A stretch of 63,512 bases of DNA, counting the filler, from an uncultured Chlamydiae bacterium (lineage in GTDB: Bacteria; Chlamydiota; Chlamydiia; Chlamydiales; SM23-39): the NCBI GenBank assembly GCA_937899275.1. It is 4 parts of 4 records of this genome, joined end to end, with 100 filler letters (N's around TTAATTAATTAA, not from the genome) between each part and the next. Parts side by side here need not be neighbours in the genome. Positions count along the whole stretch, not along the records: positions 1 to 27,006 come from CALBPE010000011.1; 3 more parts are not named here. One strand, 5' to 3'. The notes below the pieces were generated by a model. It was not told where the DNA came from. It did not search any database and worked only from the letters and a program-made list of their open reading frames with translations. Shown piece after piece: positions 1-10,371 of this stretch (within the stretch, counting starts at the first letter, position 1; each line of letters begins with the position of its first letter). Both the position numbers and the translations under genes were made by a program.

Positions 1-52
1 CCTCAACCATCCGATTACAAGTCGGGCGCTCTGCCAATTGAGCTACTCCAGC
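1..52 (-). tRNA. tRNA-Thr(TGT), 3' part outside the window
   Basis: Reverse complement reads GCTGGAGTAGCTCAATTGGCAGAGCGCCCGACTTGTAATCGGATGGTTGAGG, with a D-arm and anticodon loop CT-TGT-AA. Confidence 0.9.
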
Positions 53-95
53 AAGATATAGAAGATTCAATCTTACAAAAAAAACTCAATTAGAC

Positions 96-416
96 TCAAG
101 AGTCTTTATCCAAATCCTGCTTGTTTGGGTCTACTTCTGCTTTTTTTGATGGCTTTTCAGCCTCTTTTTGTTCTACTGGTTTAGGCAAGGGACTAGACTG
201 AGTAGAAGTAGCAGGCATAGCCGTAATTTTTCTTGTAGAAAGAGGGCGCGGGGGTTCTACGCGTTTATGAAATAATTGCGTCAAACCAGAAGAGGTGCTG
301 GCGCTTGCCTTGGTCGCTAAAAATTTATTTGCGATCATGTTTTTTTCGCAGCACTTTTTAAATTTTTTGTTCGATCCACAAGGGCAAGGATCGTTTCTAC
401 CTACTTTTTTTTTCAC
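96..416 (-). CDS. Small SEC-C motif (zinc-binding) protein; start uncertain (GTG 416 or ATG 449)
   Basis: [20 protein letters not shown] is a SEC-C motif, followed by a low-complexity tail. Confidence 0.75.
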   Translation of the reverse strand: MKKKVGRNDPCPCGSNKKFKKCCEKNMIANKFLATKASASTSSGLTQLFHKRVEPPRPLSTRKITAMPATSTQSSPLPKPVEQKEAEKPSKKAEVDPNKQDLDKDS

Positions 417-513
417 GTTTCTATTCCTTTTCTCAAAATAGTTTAACATGAGTCTTTGCCTATTGTCTATTCTAACTTGACATTTCCCAGCCAGTCCCCC
501 TAACCTAGAAGGC

Positions 514-1251
514 ATGTTTACTCCCCCAACCCCGCCGTGGACTCAACTAGGATCTCGTATCGAAAGCAAAGTGAGAAAAGCGCTTTTCTCTTTTTCTATG
601 CTGCAAGGCGCAGATAAACTAGCTGTCGCTTTGAGTGGAGGAAAAGACAGTTTAACGCTTTTGTTTATGCTAAAAGCCATTTTAGGTAGAGGCTTGCCCA
701 ATCCCCCTTTAGTTGCTATCCATGTAGATGGAGCGTTTTCCTGTGGAGCGAGTTTAGAAAAGCAGTTTCTCACCTCTATTTGTCAGAAGATGGATATTCC
801 ACTTGTGATCCGCTCTTCTGAGAAAAAAAATCACCCACTGCAGTGCTACAGCTGCGCAAGAGAAAGAAGAAAAATACTATTTCAGGCGGCAAAAGAAATG
901 GGCTGCTCACACATCGCTTTTGGTCATCATAAAGATGATGCCGCAGCTACTCTTTTATTAAATCTTTTACATAAAGCAGAGTTTGCCTCCATGATGCCAA
1001 AGGTGCATATGGAACGTTATGGAGTGACGATTTTACGCCCCTTATTTTATGTAGAAGAAGAAGAAATCAAGCGATTTGCTCAAATGCATCAATTCCAAAG
1101 AATCTCTTGTAAATGTCCCGTAGGACAGCGCTCCAAAAGAAAGGCAAGTCGTGATATCATCACGTTTATGGAAAGACATTTTCCCCATGCTAAAACCAAT
1201 CTATTTCAAGCGGGAGAAGAATTTGGATCAAAAAAAGCTCTTACTCCTTAA
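514..1251 (+). CDS. ttcA: tRNA 2-thiocytidine biosynthesis protein TtcA family (PP-loop ATPase)
   Basis: SGGKDS PP-loop, CYSC, GHHKDD, ILRPL and CKCPVG motifs. Confidence 0.85.
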   Translation: MFTPPTPPWTQLGSRIESKVRKALFSFSMLQGADKLAVALSGGKDSLTLLFMLKAILGRGLPNPPLVAIHVDGAFSCGASLEKQFLTSICQKMDIPLVIRSSEKKNHPLQCYSCARERRKILFQAAKEMGCSHIAFGHHKDDAAATLLLNLLHKAEFASMMPKVHMERYGVTILRPLFYVEEEEIKRFAQMHQFQRISCKCPVGQRSKRKASRDIITFMERHFPHAKTNLFQAGEEFGSKKALTP

Positions 1252-1265
1252 TCTAACCGGTATCT

Positions 1266-2696
1266 ATGTATATTGAAGTGATCACATTTATTGGGTATTT
1301 CACCTGCCTTCTCACGTTTACGCTTTTGTATAACAAAGCGCAAACGTCTAATTTAGACTACGTCATGGGAAACCGGTCGCTAAATTTTTGGCTGACCGCT
1401 CTTTCGGCTCATGCAAGCGATATGAGCTCTTGGCTATTTTTAGCATACCCTGCTTTACTGTTTACCACGGGCGCTAAAGGCGCCTGGGCAGGTATTGGCC
1501 TCGTTTTTTGTATGCTACTCAACTGGCAGTTTATCGCTCCTAAAATCCGGACCGTAACAGAAGAGCTTTCGACCGTTACTTTGAGCAGCTACTTTGAAAA
1601 GCGTTTTCAAGATAGATCAGGCCTTTTACGAAAAGCATCTGCCTTAAGCTCGTTTATCTTTTACTGCATTTACATTGCAGCAGGCTTAGTAGGCCTTGGC
1701 GTCCTTAGTGAATCTTTATTTAGCATCAACTACTTCATTGGGATTTCGGTAGGTTTATCAATTGTGATGATCTATGTGTTTATGGGCGGATACAAGGCGA
1801 TTGCTTGGGTAGACCTAATCCAAGGTTTTTTTCTTTTAGGGGTCATTCTTTTCATACCTAGCTTACTGTGGATGCATATGGGAGGCTTTAAAGCTCTTGA
1901 TGCTGCGGCAAAAATGAAAGGAGTATCGCTTTCTTTACTCCCCTCTTTTACGCCCGCAAGCTTATGGAGCAGTTTTGCCCTGAAATTTGGATGGGGTTTA
2001 GGCTACTTCGGCCAGCCTCATATCATCACGAAATTCATGGGAATAAAAGATGTAAAAGAAATCGCTAAGTCGAAGTATGTGGGCATTTCATGGCAAACCC
2101 TTGCCCTTGGCGGGGCTAGCATGATTGGTATCTTAGGCATCGCTTTTTTCCCCGCAGGTTTGGCTGATCCAGAAACGTTGATTTTATCTGTTGTGAAAGA
2201 GTTTTTATCTCCCTTTTTTGGAGCTCTTGTCCTCTGTGCAATTTTAGCTGCCACAACAAATGTTATGGCGGCGCAAATTTTAGTTGTAGCCACAAGCATC
2301 ACAGAAGATTTTTACAAGCACCTATTTTCTACGCCACCGACAAGTAAAGAGGAGCTTCGCGCATCAAGAACGTCTGTTGTGGTGGTTTCTTTGCTTGCTT
2401 TTATCATTGCATTTTTAAAACCAAGCTCGATCTATCAGCTTGTTTTTTACGCATGGTCTGGCCTTGGAGGCACATTTGGCCCTCTACTACTTTGCTGTCT
2501 TCATACCAAATGGATCACAAGACAGGCGGGCTTAGTAGGCATCATTTCTGGCGCTTTCATCGGAGCATTTTGGCCGTATTTTGCAAAGGTGTGGAACTGG
2601 GATATTCCCGCGCTTTTTGTGGTATTCATTGTCAGTACACTTGCGATGTATATCGTTTCTCTCTACACAAAAACCCCCTCAAAACAAACAGGATAA
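1266..2696 (+). CDS. putP: Sodium/proline symporter (SSS family)
   Basis: ALSAHASDMSSW and GWGLGYFGQPHI motifs; many transmembrane segments. Confidence 0.85.
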   Translation: MYIEVITFIGYFTCLLTFTLLYNKAQTSNLDYVMGNRSLNFWLTALSAHASDMSSWLFLAYPALLFTTGAKGAWAGIGLVFCMLLNWQFIAPKIRTVTEELSTVTLSSYFEKRFQDRSGLLRKASALSSFIFYCIYIAAGLVGLGVLSESLFSINYFIGISVGLSIVMIYVFMGGYKAIAWVDLIQGFFLLGVILFIPSLLWMHMGGFKALDAAAKMKGVSLSLLPSFTPASLWSSFALKFGWGLGYFGQPHIITKFMGIKDVKEIAKSKYVGISWQTLALGGASMIGILGIAFFPAGLADPETLILSVVKEFLSPFFGALVLCAILAATTNVMAAQILVVATSITEDFYKHLFSTPPTSKEELRASRTSVVVVSLLAFIIAFLKPSSIYQLVFYAWSGLGGTFGPLLLCCLHTKWITRQAGLVGIISGAFIGAFWPYFAKVWNWDIPALFVVFIVSTLAMYIVSLYTKTPSKQTG

Positions 2697-2709
2697 CCTT
2701 GGTATATTT

Positions 2710-3495
2710 ATGCATATCTTACTTGTCAATGATGATGGAATCAAAGCATCGGGCCTTCGCAGTCTTTACAAAGCCCTTAAAGATCAATATCAGCTAACCG
2801 TTGTAGCCCCCTTATATCAAAAATCTGGATCGGGACTAGCCACCACCTTTACAAAGCCGCTACAAATTATGGAGGATACCTACTTTGATGGCGCAAAAGT
2901 CTACACGGTGAACGGCACGCCATCTGACTGCGTAAAACTTGCTTTAATCAGCCTTTTTCCTGAAAAAAAACCAGATCTAATTGTATCTGGTATCAACCAC
3001 GGGTCGAATGCGGGAAAAACAGTGCTTTATAGCGGAACGGTTGGAGGGGTGATTGAAGGGCTATTTAGAAATAATATCCCAGGTATTGCGTTTTCAGCAT
3101 GTGATTATGATAGCCCTGACTACACAGAATATGAACCTTTCATCGCGCCTATTGTTGATTATGCCATCAAACACCCTGCCCCCAAAGGCTCTTTATTTAA
3201 CGTAAATCTCCCGAAAAAAAAGCTATTTCCCATCAAGGGGATTCGCCTGGCAAAACAAGGTAAAAGCTTTTGGACCGATGCGCATGATAGGCGGATTCAT
3301 CCCGAAGGCAATCCCTATTACTGGCTAGGCGGCACTTGGAGTGACCATGAAGAAGATGATGAAAGCGATGTGTATTTACTAGAACAAGGCTACATCAGCA
3401 TGGCGCCTATCCATGTAGAAGATCTTACCGATCATGCCCACTTAAAGACGCAACAAGAGGCGTTCAATAAACACTTTAACGACTATCCCATCTGA
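2710..3495 (+). CDS. surE: 5'/3'-nucleotidase SurE
   Basis: ILLVNDDG, GTPSDCV, SGINHGSN and YSGTVG motifs; the ATG at 2710 is the likely start. Confidence 0.92.
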   Translation: MHILLVNDDGIKASGLRSLYKALKDQYQLTVVAPLYQKSGSGLATTFTKPLQIMEDTYFDGAKVYTVNGTPSDCVKLALISLFPEKKPDLIVSGINHGSNAGKTVLYSGTVGGVIEGLFRNNIPGIAFSACDYDSPDYTEYEPFIAPIVDYAIKHPAPKGSLFNVNLPKKKLFPIKGIRLAKQGKSFWTDAHDRRIHPEGNPYYWLGGTWSDHEEDDESDVYLLEQGYISMAPIHVEDLTDHAHLKTQQEAFNKHFNDYPI

Positions 3496-3634
3496 AATGG
3501 CCTTCGCAATCTGCAACTACTGTAACAAAAAGACTTTACTCCATTTTTTGATAGCCCAAAAACTGGAATTTTTATATCCTTGTGTTTCGTTTGATTGCAG
3601 TATGTTTCTTTAAGAGGCATCATCAATATAAAAC

Positions 3635-3706
3635 GGGCGTATAGCTCAGTGGTAGAGCACCTGTCTTACACACAGGCGGTCATAGGTTCGAATCCTTTTG
3701 CGCCCA
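3635..3706 (+). tRNA. tRNA-Val(TAC)
   Basis: GGGCGTATAGCTCAGTGGTAGAGC...CT-TAC-AC...GGTTCGAATCC...CGCCCA cloverleaf. Confidence 0.95.
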
Positions 3707-3716
3707 TCGGAATTTT

Positions 3717-3790
3717 GCGGGAGTAGTTCAACTGGTTAGAGCACCGCCCTGTCACGGCGGAAGTTGCGGGTTCGAGTCCCGTCTCTCGCG
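3717..3790 (+). tRNA. tRNA-Asp(GTC)
   Basis: GCGGGAGTAGTTCAACTGGTTAGAGC...CT-GTC-AC...GGTTCGAGTCCC cloverleaf. Confidence 0.95.
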
Positions 3791-3815
3791 TTTTTACTTG
3801 GAGTTTCTTAAGTCT

Positions 3816-4739
3816 ATGAAGCATGCCCCTCCCAAATCCGTTCAGCAAATCATCATCAGTTATGCATGGATGGCCATTGGGGCGTTTTTAGCAGCTCTTT
3901 CTATCCAAGTATTTCTATTTCCTAATCGCTTAATCGATGGGGGCGTGATCGGTATTTCTTTGATCTGCGCAAGGCTGTTTGGAGCGCCTTACCTTCCCTT
4001 ATTCCTCATCGCTTTTAACCTCCCTTTTGTTTATCTTGCGTATAAATTCATCCGCAGATCTTTTGTTATTTCGATGACAATTGCTATTTTGATGTTTGCA
4101 GGGTTTTTAGCTATCCTAGAAGATCTCCCCTCTTTTGACGCCGATATATTAGAGGTCATCGTATTTGGTGGAGCGATATTAGGCTTAGGCATAGGCATGA
4201 TCATCCGCAATGGGGGATGCACCGATGGTACAGAAATTTTAGCGATCATTATCAATCGAAAAAGGGGCTTTACCGTAGGGCAAGTGGTACTTTTTGCCAA
4301 TATTTTCATTTTCTCTGCCTATGGACTGATTTTTCTAGATTGGCATGCAGCTCTTCGATCGATGATGACCTATATCGTCGCATTTAAAATGATCGATATC
4401 GTCATCGCGGGCTTAGAAGAGTTGAAATCTGTATTGATCATGTCCTCAAAACCTGCGGAGATTCAAGCTCTTATCATGCATGAACTCGGCCTTGGCCTGA
4501 CAGTTATCAAAAGTAAGGGGGGCTTTTCAGGAGAAAACCGGGACCTTTTACTTGTCATTGTAGATCGTTTGGATTTAGCTGGTTTGAAAGAAATCGTTCT
4601 TCGAGAAGATCCAAGCGCTTTTTTAGCGATTGAAAACCTACATGAAGTAGCTTATGGAAGGTCGAATAAAAAAGTGGCAAAAAAACGAAAGTCGACAAAA
4701 AAACGGGCGCAGAAAAAAAAGGCCGTTTCTACAAGCTAA
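3816..4739 (+). CDS. YitT family membrane protein (DUF2179 C-terminus)
   Basis: LIDGGVIGISL, GGCTDGTEILA and GLGLTVI..GGFSG motifs; multiple transmembrane segments. Confidence 0.85.
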   Translation: MKHAPPKSVQQIIISYAWMAIGAFLAALSIQVFLFPNRLIDGGVIGISLICARLFGAPYLPLFLIAFNLPFVYLAYKFIRRSFVISMTIAILMFAGFLAILEDLPSFDADILEVIVFGGAILGLGIGMIIRNGGCTDGTEILAIIINRKRGFTVGQVVLFANIFIFSAYGLIFLDWHAALRSMMTYIVAFKMIDIVIAGLEELKSVLIMSSKPAEIQALIMHELGLGLTVIKSKGGFSGENRDLLLVIVDRLDLAGLKEIVLREDPSAFLAIENLHEVAYGRSNKKVAKKRKSTKKRAQKKKAVSTS

Positions 4740-4756
4740 TTCTTATCTAGCTCTCA

Positions 4757-5623
4757 TTATACTAAGCTAAATAAATACTTGCCGTAAGAGTTATTATATT
4801 TTCTTGCCCTATCTTTTAAGGCATCTACTGTAATATACCCTTTTTCATACGCTATTTCTTCTATACAACCGATTTGCAGACCTTGGCGCTCTTGCATCGT
4901 TTTGACAAAAAAACTCGCTTCTAATAAAGCGCTAGGTGTTCCTGCATCAAGCCAAGCAAATCCTTTAGGCAGCACCTGACAAAACAGCTTCTTTTTTTGG
5001 AGATACATCTGATGTAAATCGGTAATTTCCAACTCCCCTCTTTTTGAAGGTTGCAGCATTTTTGCATAGGAAGTAGCATGTGCATCGTAAAAATAGATGC
5101 CAGGAATCGCATAGGGAGAAAGCGGTTTTATCGGTTTTTCCTCAACAGCGATGACTAGGCCGTCTTTTGTCAAATCTACAACGCCATAACGGGAAGGGTC
5201 TTGCATGCGGTACCCAAAAATAAACGCCCCTTCTTTTTCACTTGCAAGGGAGCTCACTTGACCTAATATACTATGCAGCCCATCACCATAAAGTAGATTA
5301 TCCCCTAAAATGAGTGCAATAGGACTATTGTCGATAAATTTTTCTGCTAAAGTGAATACTTCGGCAATACCTTTAGGCTCTTTTTGTTCTTGATACGAAA
5401 GCGAAATACCCAAGTCCTCTCCAGTACCTAATAGCGCTTGAAAACGGGGCAAATCTACGGGAGTAGATACAAGTAAAATGTCCCGGATACCTGCAAGAAG
5501 TAACGTAGACAAGGGATAATAAACCATGGGCTTATCAAAAACAGGCAAAAGCTGTTTGCTTGTGGCAAGTGTTGCAGGATGCAACCTAGAGCCTGTCCCT
5601 CCTGCTAAAATGATGCCTTTCAT
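4757..5623 (-). CDS. rfbA: Glucose-1-phosphate thymidylyltransferase
   Basis: KGIILAGGTGSRLHP, SKQLLPVFDKPMVYYPL, RGELEITD and WLDAGT motifs. Confidence 0.92.
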   Translation of the reverse strand: MKGIILAGGTGSRLHPATLATSKQLLPVFDKPMVYYPLSTLLLAGIRDILLVSTPVDLPRFQALLGTGEDLGISLSYQEQKEPKGIAEVFTLAEKFIDNSPIALILGDNLLYGDGLHSILGQVSSLASEKEGAFIFGYRMQDPSRYGVVDLTKDGLVIAVEEKPIKPLSPYAIPGIYFYDAHATSYAKMLQPSKRGELEITDLHQMYLQKKKLFCQVLPKGFAWLDAGTPSALLEASFFVKTMQERQGLQIGCIEEIAYEKGYITVDALKDRARKYNNSYGKYLFSLV

Positions 5624-5627
5624 ATGC

Positions 5628-6995
5628 TTACTTATCATCTACAAGAAAGGTACAACCATTTTGAATCAGGTGATCGACAAAATCTAGCGTGTATTTACCG
5701 CTTAAAAACTCAGAATTTTGCGTCATAAAAAGGTGAAAGGCAATGGTTGTATGCACTCCTTCAATATGAAATTCTTTGAGGGCTCTTCGTAAAATAGCAA
5801 TAGCGTCTTCTCGATCTTTCCCCCGGACAATAAGCTTTGCAATCATAGAATCGTAGTATGGAGGAACCACACATCCGCTATAACAAGCGCTGTCGATGCG
5901 CACATGAGGGCCGCCTGGTGGGATATAATAAGAAAGTTTTCCAGGTGAAGGAGAAAAGTGATTTGCTGGATTTTCCGCATTAATGCGGCATTCAATAACG
6001 TGTCCATGCAAAAGAACATCTTTTTGCTTAACACTGAGTTTTTCACCTCGGGCAATACGGATTTGTTCCTTTACAAGGTCTATGCCAGAAAGCTCTTCTG
6101 ATACCGTATGCTCTACCTGAATACGGGTATTTACCTCCATAAAATAAAATCTACCGGCATCATCGAGTAAAAACTCGACTGTGCCCGCTGAAAAGTAGCC
6201 AGCCGCTTTGATAATATTGATAGCAGCTACTCCCATTTTTTTCCGGAGAGAGGGAGATAAAACAGGACTTGGGGCTTCTTCAATCAGCTTTTGCCGCCTT
6301 CTTTGGATGGTGCAATCTCTTTCTCCTAGATGGATGTATTGACCATACTTATCACCCAAAACTTGGATTTCAATATGCCGAGGATTTTGGATCATCTTTT
6401 CTAAATACACATCGGGGCTAGTAAAACTTGACTCAGCCTCCGCCCTGGCAGCTACGAATTTTTTTACGAAGTCTTCTTCGTTATTTGCGATGCGGATCCC
6501 TTTACCTCCACCTCCTGCTGCTGCTTTAATGAATACAGGAAATCCTAAGCGGCTCGCCTCTTTAAGAGCAAAGTCGACATCTTCTACAATACCATTAGAA
6601 CCAGGAATTGTGGGACATTTCACCGACTGGGCAAGAGATTTTGCAGCGGCTTTATCGCCTAAAAGGGCAATGCTTTTTGAAGAAGGTCCAATAAACTGCA
6701 CCCCACAGCTTTCACAAATGGAAGCAAAATTGGCATTTTCACTTAAAAAGCCGTAACCAGGATGCAGGCCATCTGCTCCTGTGATTTCACAAGCAGAGAG
6801 TATACGAGGGATTTGCAGGTAAGATTTTGCAGAAGGCGCTTCACCGATACAAATCGCTTCTTTGGCCAAGTGCACATGCAAAGATTCTGCATCAGCTTCA
6901 GAATAGACGGCGACTGTAGAGATGCCCATCTCATGGCACGCGCGGATGATGCGAACAGCAATCTCCCCACGATTTGCGATCAATACTTTTTTCAT
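5628..6995 (-). CDS. accC: Acetyl-CoA carboxylase, biotin carboxylase subunit
   Basis: KVLIANRGEIA, HPGYGFLSEN, GGGGKG and FMEVNTRIQVEH motifs. Confidence 0.97.
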   Translation of the reverse strand: MKKVLIANRGEIAVRIIRACHEMGISTVAVYSEADAESLHVHLAKEAICIGEAPSAKSYLQIPRILSACEITGADGLHPGYGFLSENANFASICESCGVQFIGPSSKSIALLGDKAAAKSLAQSVKCPTIPGSNGIVEDVDFALKEASRLGFPVFIKAAAGGGGKGIRIANNEEDFVKKFVAARAEAESSFTSPDVYLEKMIQNPRHIEIQVLGDKYGQYIHLGERDCTIQRRRQKLIEEAPSPVLSPSLRKKMGVAAINIIKAAGYFSAGTVEFLLDDAGRFYFMEVNTRIQVEHTVSEELSGIDLVKEQIRIARGEKLSVKQKDVLLHGHVIECRINAENPANHFSPSPGKLSYYIPPGGPHVRIDSACYSGCVVPPYYDSMIAKLIVRGKDREDAIAILRRALKEFHIEGVHTTIAFHLFMTQNSEFLSGKYTLDFVDHLIQNGCTFLVDDK

Positions 6996-6998
6996 GAA

Positions 6999-7433
6999 TT
7001 ATGCAATCCGAAAAAGCCTTGTGCCAAAAGCGACAGGCTGCGCATTTTCTAAGAAAATTTCTTTGATGATCCCCGCTCTACCTGCTTTTACTTCGTTCAT
7101 CACTTTCATCGCTTCAACAATACAGACAACAGTATCTGCTTTTACATGGTCTCCTACGCGTACAAAAGGAGGTTGATCAGGCGAAGGGGAAGAGTAAAAC
7201 GTTCCTACCATAGGACAGGTCAGGTAGTTTTCTTCTTTATCTGCAGGTTTTTCAGTGATTTTTTTCGCGATCTCCACTTCATGGTCTTTATGATGATGCG
7301 AGGTAGAAATAGTATTAGCTACATCGGGATGGGTTTCTAACTCAATAGAAAATTTTTCTTCTTTTAAAGATAACCGGGAAATACCGTGGTCTTTTAAGAT
7401 TTCGATCAACGCTTTGATTTCTTCTAGTTTCAA
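6999..7433 (-). CDS. accB: Biotin carboxyl carrier protein
   Basis: PMVGTFY and the EAMKVMN biotinylation motif; adjacent to accC. Confidence 0.95.
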   Translation of the reverse strand: MKLEEIKALIEILKDHGISRLSLKEEKFSIELETHPDVANTISTSHHHKDHEVEIAKKITEKPADKEENYLTCPMVGTFYSSPSPDQPPFVRVGDHVKADTVVCIVEAMKVMNEVKAGRAGIIKEIFLENAQPVAFGTRLFRIA

Positions 7434-7442
7434 GCTAACCTC

Positions 7443-8000
7443 CTACACCCGTTGAATGTATTCATGTTCTTCTGTATCTACTTTGATGATATCACCTGTT
7501 TCGATAAATAAAGGCACACGAATTTTCGCCCCTGTTTCTAGCGTAGCTTCTTTCGTGTTGTTAGATACAGCGGCTGGATCTGTGGTATCTACATCTGCTT
7601 TTACAATCATTAATTCTAAAAATTGAGGCAACTCCACGCCAAATACTGCATCGCCATAAAAGGTTGCCTTGACTTTGATACCTTCTTTTAAGTAGTCAAT
7701 TTTCTCCGCTAAAATTTCGCCAGAAACTAGCACCTGTTCTAAATTATCTAAATTGAGAAAAAGTTAGTGTATGACTTCTGGATAAAGGTACTCTAAGTCG
7801 TGTTACACTAAAGCTGCTTCATCTACTTCTTGACCTACCTTAAAGTTTCTTTCGCTGAGCTCGTCGTTGATTAAATTGCGCAGCTTTGTCTTGATAAAAG
7901 GAACCCCTTTAGCGACCGTGACTTTGATACTGGACTCGACGCGGTACACAACTCCGTCTACCTTCAACGTCATTCCAGGCGTGAGTTGATTACTCATCAT
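7443..8000 (-). pseudogene. efp: Elongation factor P interrupted by two in-frame TAA codons (7803-7805, 7764-7766); pseudogene or sequencing error
   Basis: One frame runs from MSNQLTPGMT through FIKTKLRN, LEYLY and ATLETGAKIRVPLFIETGD to YIQRV. It sits at the chlamydial efp position upstream of accB. Confidence 0.85.
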
Positions 8001-8003
8001 AAA

Positions 8004-8666
8004 TTATACTCTTCCTTCGATCATGGGTACTATAGGTAGCATCTCTTTTAGCTCGGAGATTTGAAAATCTACGCAGGGATTTTGAGAAGGTATAACGCCT
8101 CTTCCCCAGCGCATATGCACCGTCCAAAGACCTAATTTTTTTGCCGGCAAAAGGTCGCCTTCAACTTGATCTCCAACCATGACAGCTGTGGACGGATTTT
8201 CGTTTAAAATCTTTTGATAAAAAAGACCCTTGTTACCAACATTGTCTATTAATATCTTACAAAAAATAGCCGTATCTATGCCAGCTTTTTCCAGTTTTTG
8301 ATGCTGGAGATAGTCATATCCTTTAGAAACAATATACAAAGGATAAGACGAAAGCGCTTGCAGCGTTTCTACAGCAAAGGGTGTGGTGCGCACGGGAGTA
8401 TCTGGCGCTAAATCATCTTTGTAAAGGGCGTCTAAAGCAAAGGTAAGGTGGGATAAGGGGAGATGATGCTTTTGGAAAAAAGCTTGCAATGCCTCCTTGC
8501 TAGTACGGGCTTTTTTCTGGAAAAAAGCCATCTCTTGGCTTGCCGTTTCTAGATCAGTAACAAGCCCTTTTTCTACGAGCTTTTGTAGCGCCTTTTGCAC
8601 CCGATAAGGCGTAATAGTTGCCGATGTATCGACTAGCGTATCATCGATATCAAAGATGAACAACAA
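8004..8666 (-). CDS. HAD-superfamily hydrolase
   Basis: FDIDDTL (motif I) and MVGDQVEGDL (motif IV). Confidence 0.85.
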   Translation of the reverse strand: MLFIFDIDDTLVDTSATITPYRVQKALQKLVEKGLVTDLETASQEMAFFQKKARTSKEALQAFFQKHHLPLSHLTFALDALYKDDLAPDTPVRTTPFAVETLQALSSYPLYIVSKGYDYLQHQKLEKAGIDTAIFCKILIDNVGNKGLFYQKILNENPSTAVMVGDQVEGDLLPAKKLGLWTVHMRWGRGVIPSQNPCVDFQISELKEMLPIVPMIEGRV

Positions 8667-9633
8667 CTTGCATAATCTCCGAGGCTAATTTTTGCGGATC
8701 ATGGCGGATCAAACTCCGCTTTTGGAGGAAATCATTTTTCTTTACCTCGGCTAATTTACCCAAAAGATCCGCTCCAATAACTCTGGGGTCTTGCCTCATA
8801 TCGTTTTCCACAAGCTCCCCTTCTTCTGCATAACGGTTGATCAAGTCTTTAGGAGGCCTGCCGCTATTGACTAGAAGGTAATCAAAAAAATCTTTCGCTG
8901 TAAAACGGGTTAATTCACCTAAATAATCGCTTACTTTATAACCTGTTGTTTGCCCTTTTCGATTCATTAAATTCACAATAAAAAGCTTTTTTGCTTTGGA
9001 GCGGCTAAGCGCCTCTACAACTCCATCCACTAAGACATTCGGAATCACAGAGGTATGCCAGCCGCCCGGTCCAATCACAATTAAATCAGCCTCTGTAATA
9101 GCGTCGACCACTATGGGATTCACCTCAGGATGGGGATCGAGATAGATTTTCTGATAACCTTGGTCGATTTTTTCAGAGAGATAAATAGTTTTTTCCCCCT
9201 CTAAAATTTCTTTGGATTGCAAAAGCATCTTCAGTCGGACTTGCCGGATAGTCACGGGAAGAACAGTACCCTTGATAGATAAGATTTTTCCCGCCTCTTC
9301 CACAGCTTTTTCAAAACTACCTGTAACTTTTTCCAAAGCAGATAAAAGAAGGTTACCAAAACTATGGCCATCAAGATTACCATGTTCAAATCGGTAGTCC
9401 ATTAACAAGCGAAGAAGCCTGCTGGAGCTCGCGAGAGCAATCAAGCACTGACGCACATCGCCTGGAGGCAGCACGCCTAATTCATCGCGTAAAATCCCCG
9501 TACTTCCCCCATCATCTGCCATAGAAACAACAGCTGTCAAAGAAACGGGATACTTTTTTAAGCCTCGAAGAACGGTGAAATTTCCCGTTCCACCTCCTAT
9601 AACTACGATTTTTTTCGGGGGATATTTATTCAT
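8650..9633 (-). CDS. YvcK/GlmR/CuvA family (CofD-like) UDP-sugar-binding protein
   Basis: IVVIGGGTG, DDGGSTG..LR...LPPGD, GHSFGNL, IGPGG and RHDP motifs. Confidence 0.88.
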   Translation of the reverse strand: MNKYPPKKIVVIGGGTGNFTVLRGLKKYPVSLTAVVSMADDGGSTGILRDELGVLPPGDVRQCLIALASSSRLLRLLMDYRFEHGNLDGHSFGNLLLSALEKVTGSFEKAVEEAGKILSIKGTVLPVTIRQVRLKMLLQSKEILEGEKTIYLSEKIDQGYQKIYLDPHPEVNPIVVDAITEADLIVIGPGGWHTSVIPNVLVDGVVEALSRSKAKKLFIVNLMNRKGQTTGYKVSDYLGELTRFTAKDFFDYLLVNSGRPPKDLINRYAEEGELVENDMRQDPRVIGADLLGKLAEVKKNDFLQKRSLIRHDPQKLASEIMQVVVHL

Positions 9634-10282
9634 CTTTGAGGGCAAGAATCGTAGATTGTAAATCTTTTTGTTGGAAAAGATATGTGCCTACCACAAGAAC
9701 ATTTGCCCCCGCTTTTTTTGCCATAGGAGCTGTGGTATTGTTAACGCCTCCATCTACTTCAAGCCATGTATCTTGTTTTCGAACCTGGATTTCTTGATGT
9801 AAATCTTCAATTTTTTCCAACACCTCTGGGATAAACGCTTGTCCACCAAATCCTGGATTTACGCTCATCGCTAAAAGAGTATCGGCCTTACCGATATACG
9901 GCATCACTAATGAAGATGAAGTAGACGGATTAAACGCAAGGCCTGCTCGCACATTGCATGTGCGGATGTAGCGAAGAATTTCCTCGACTTCTTCTGTAGC
10001 TTCTATATGGAAGGTGATCTGATCTGCGCCTGATTCAACAAGTTTTTCAATTAAATCAAACGGATTATACACCATGATGTGAACATCTAAAAAAAGAGAT
10101 GTTGCCCGGTTAACTGCAGCTAAAGCTTTAGGTCCAAGTGTAAGATTTGGGACAAAGTGGCCATCCATAATATCCATATGAATTCCATCTGCGCCCGCAT
10201 CTTCTAGACGCTTTGCTTCATCAGCAAGCCTGCCAAAATCGGCAGCAAATAAGGAAGGAAAAACTTTTATACGCGGTTTCAT
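9626..10282 (-). CDS. rpe: Ribulose-phosphate 3-epimerase
   Basis: HMDIMDGHFVPNLT, MSVNPGFGGQ and EVDGG motifs. Confidence 0.95.
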   Translation of the reverse strand: MKPRIKVFPSLFAADFGRLADEAKRLEDAGADGIHMDIMDGHFVPNLTLGPKALAAVNRATSLFLDVHIMVYNPFDLIEKLVESGADQITFHIEATEEVEEILRYIRTCNVRAGLAFNPSTSSSLVMPYIGKADTLLAMSVNPGFGGQAFIPEVLEKIEDLHQEIQVRKQDTWLEVDGGVNNTTAPMAKKAGANVLVVGTYLFQQKDLQSTILALKDE

Positions 10283-10371
10283 AAACGAAATAGAGGTGAA
10301 AATTTGCATTAAATTTTAGCGAAAAACCCGATTCTTAAGCAATAGAATACACACAGACCAAACGTCTTTTT

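Noticed and set aside
3666..3848. 60-aa minus-strand ORF
   Set aside because: It is the antisense reading of tRNA-Val and tRNA-Asp.
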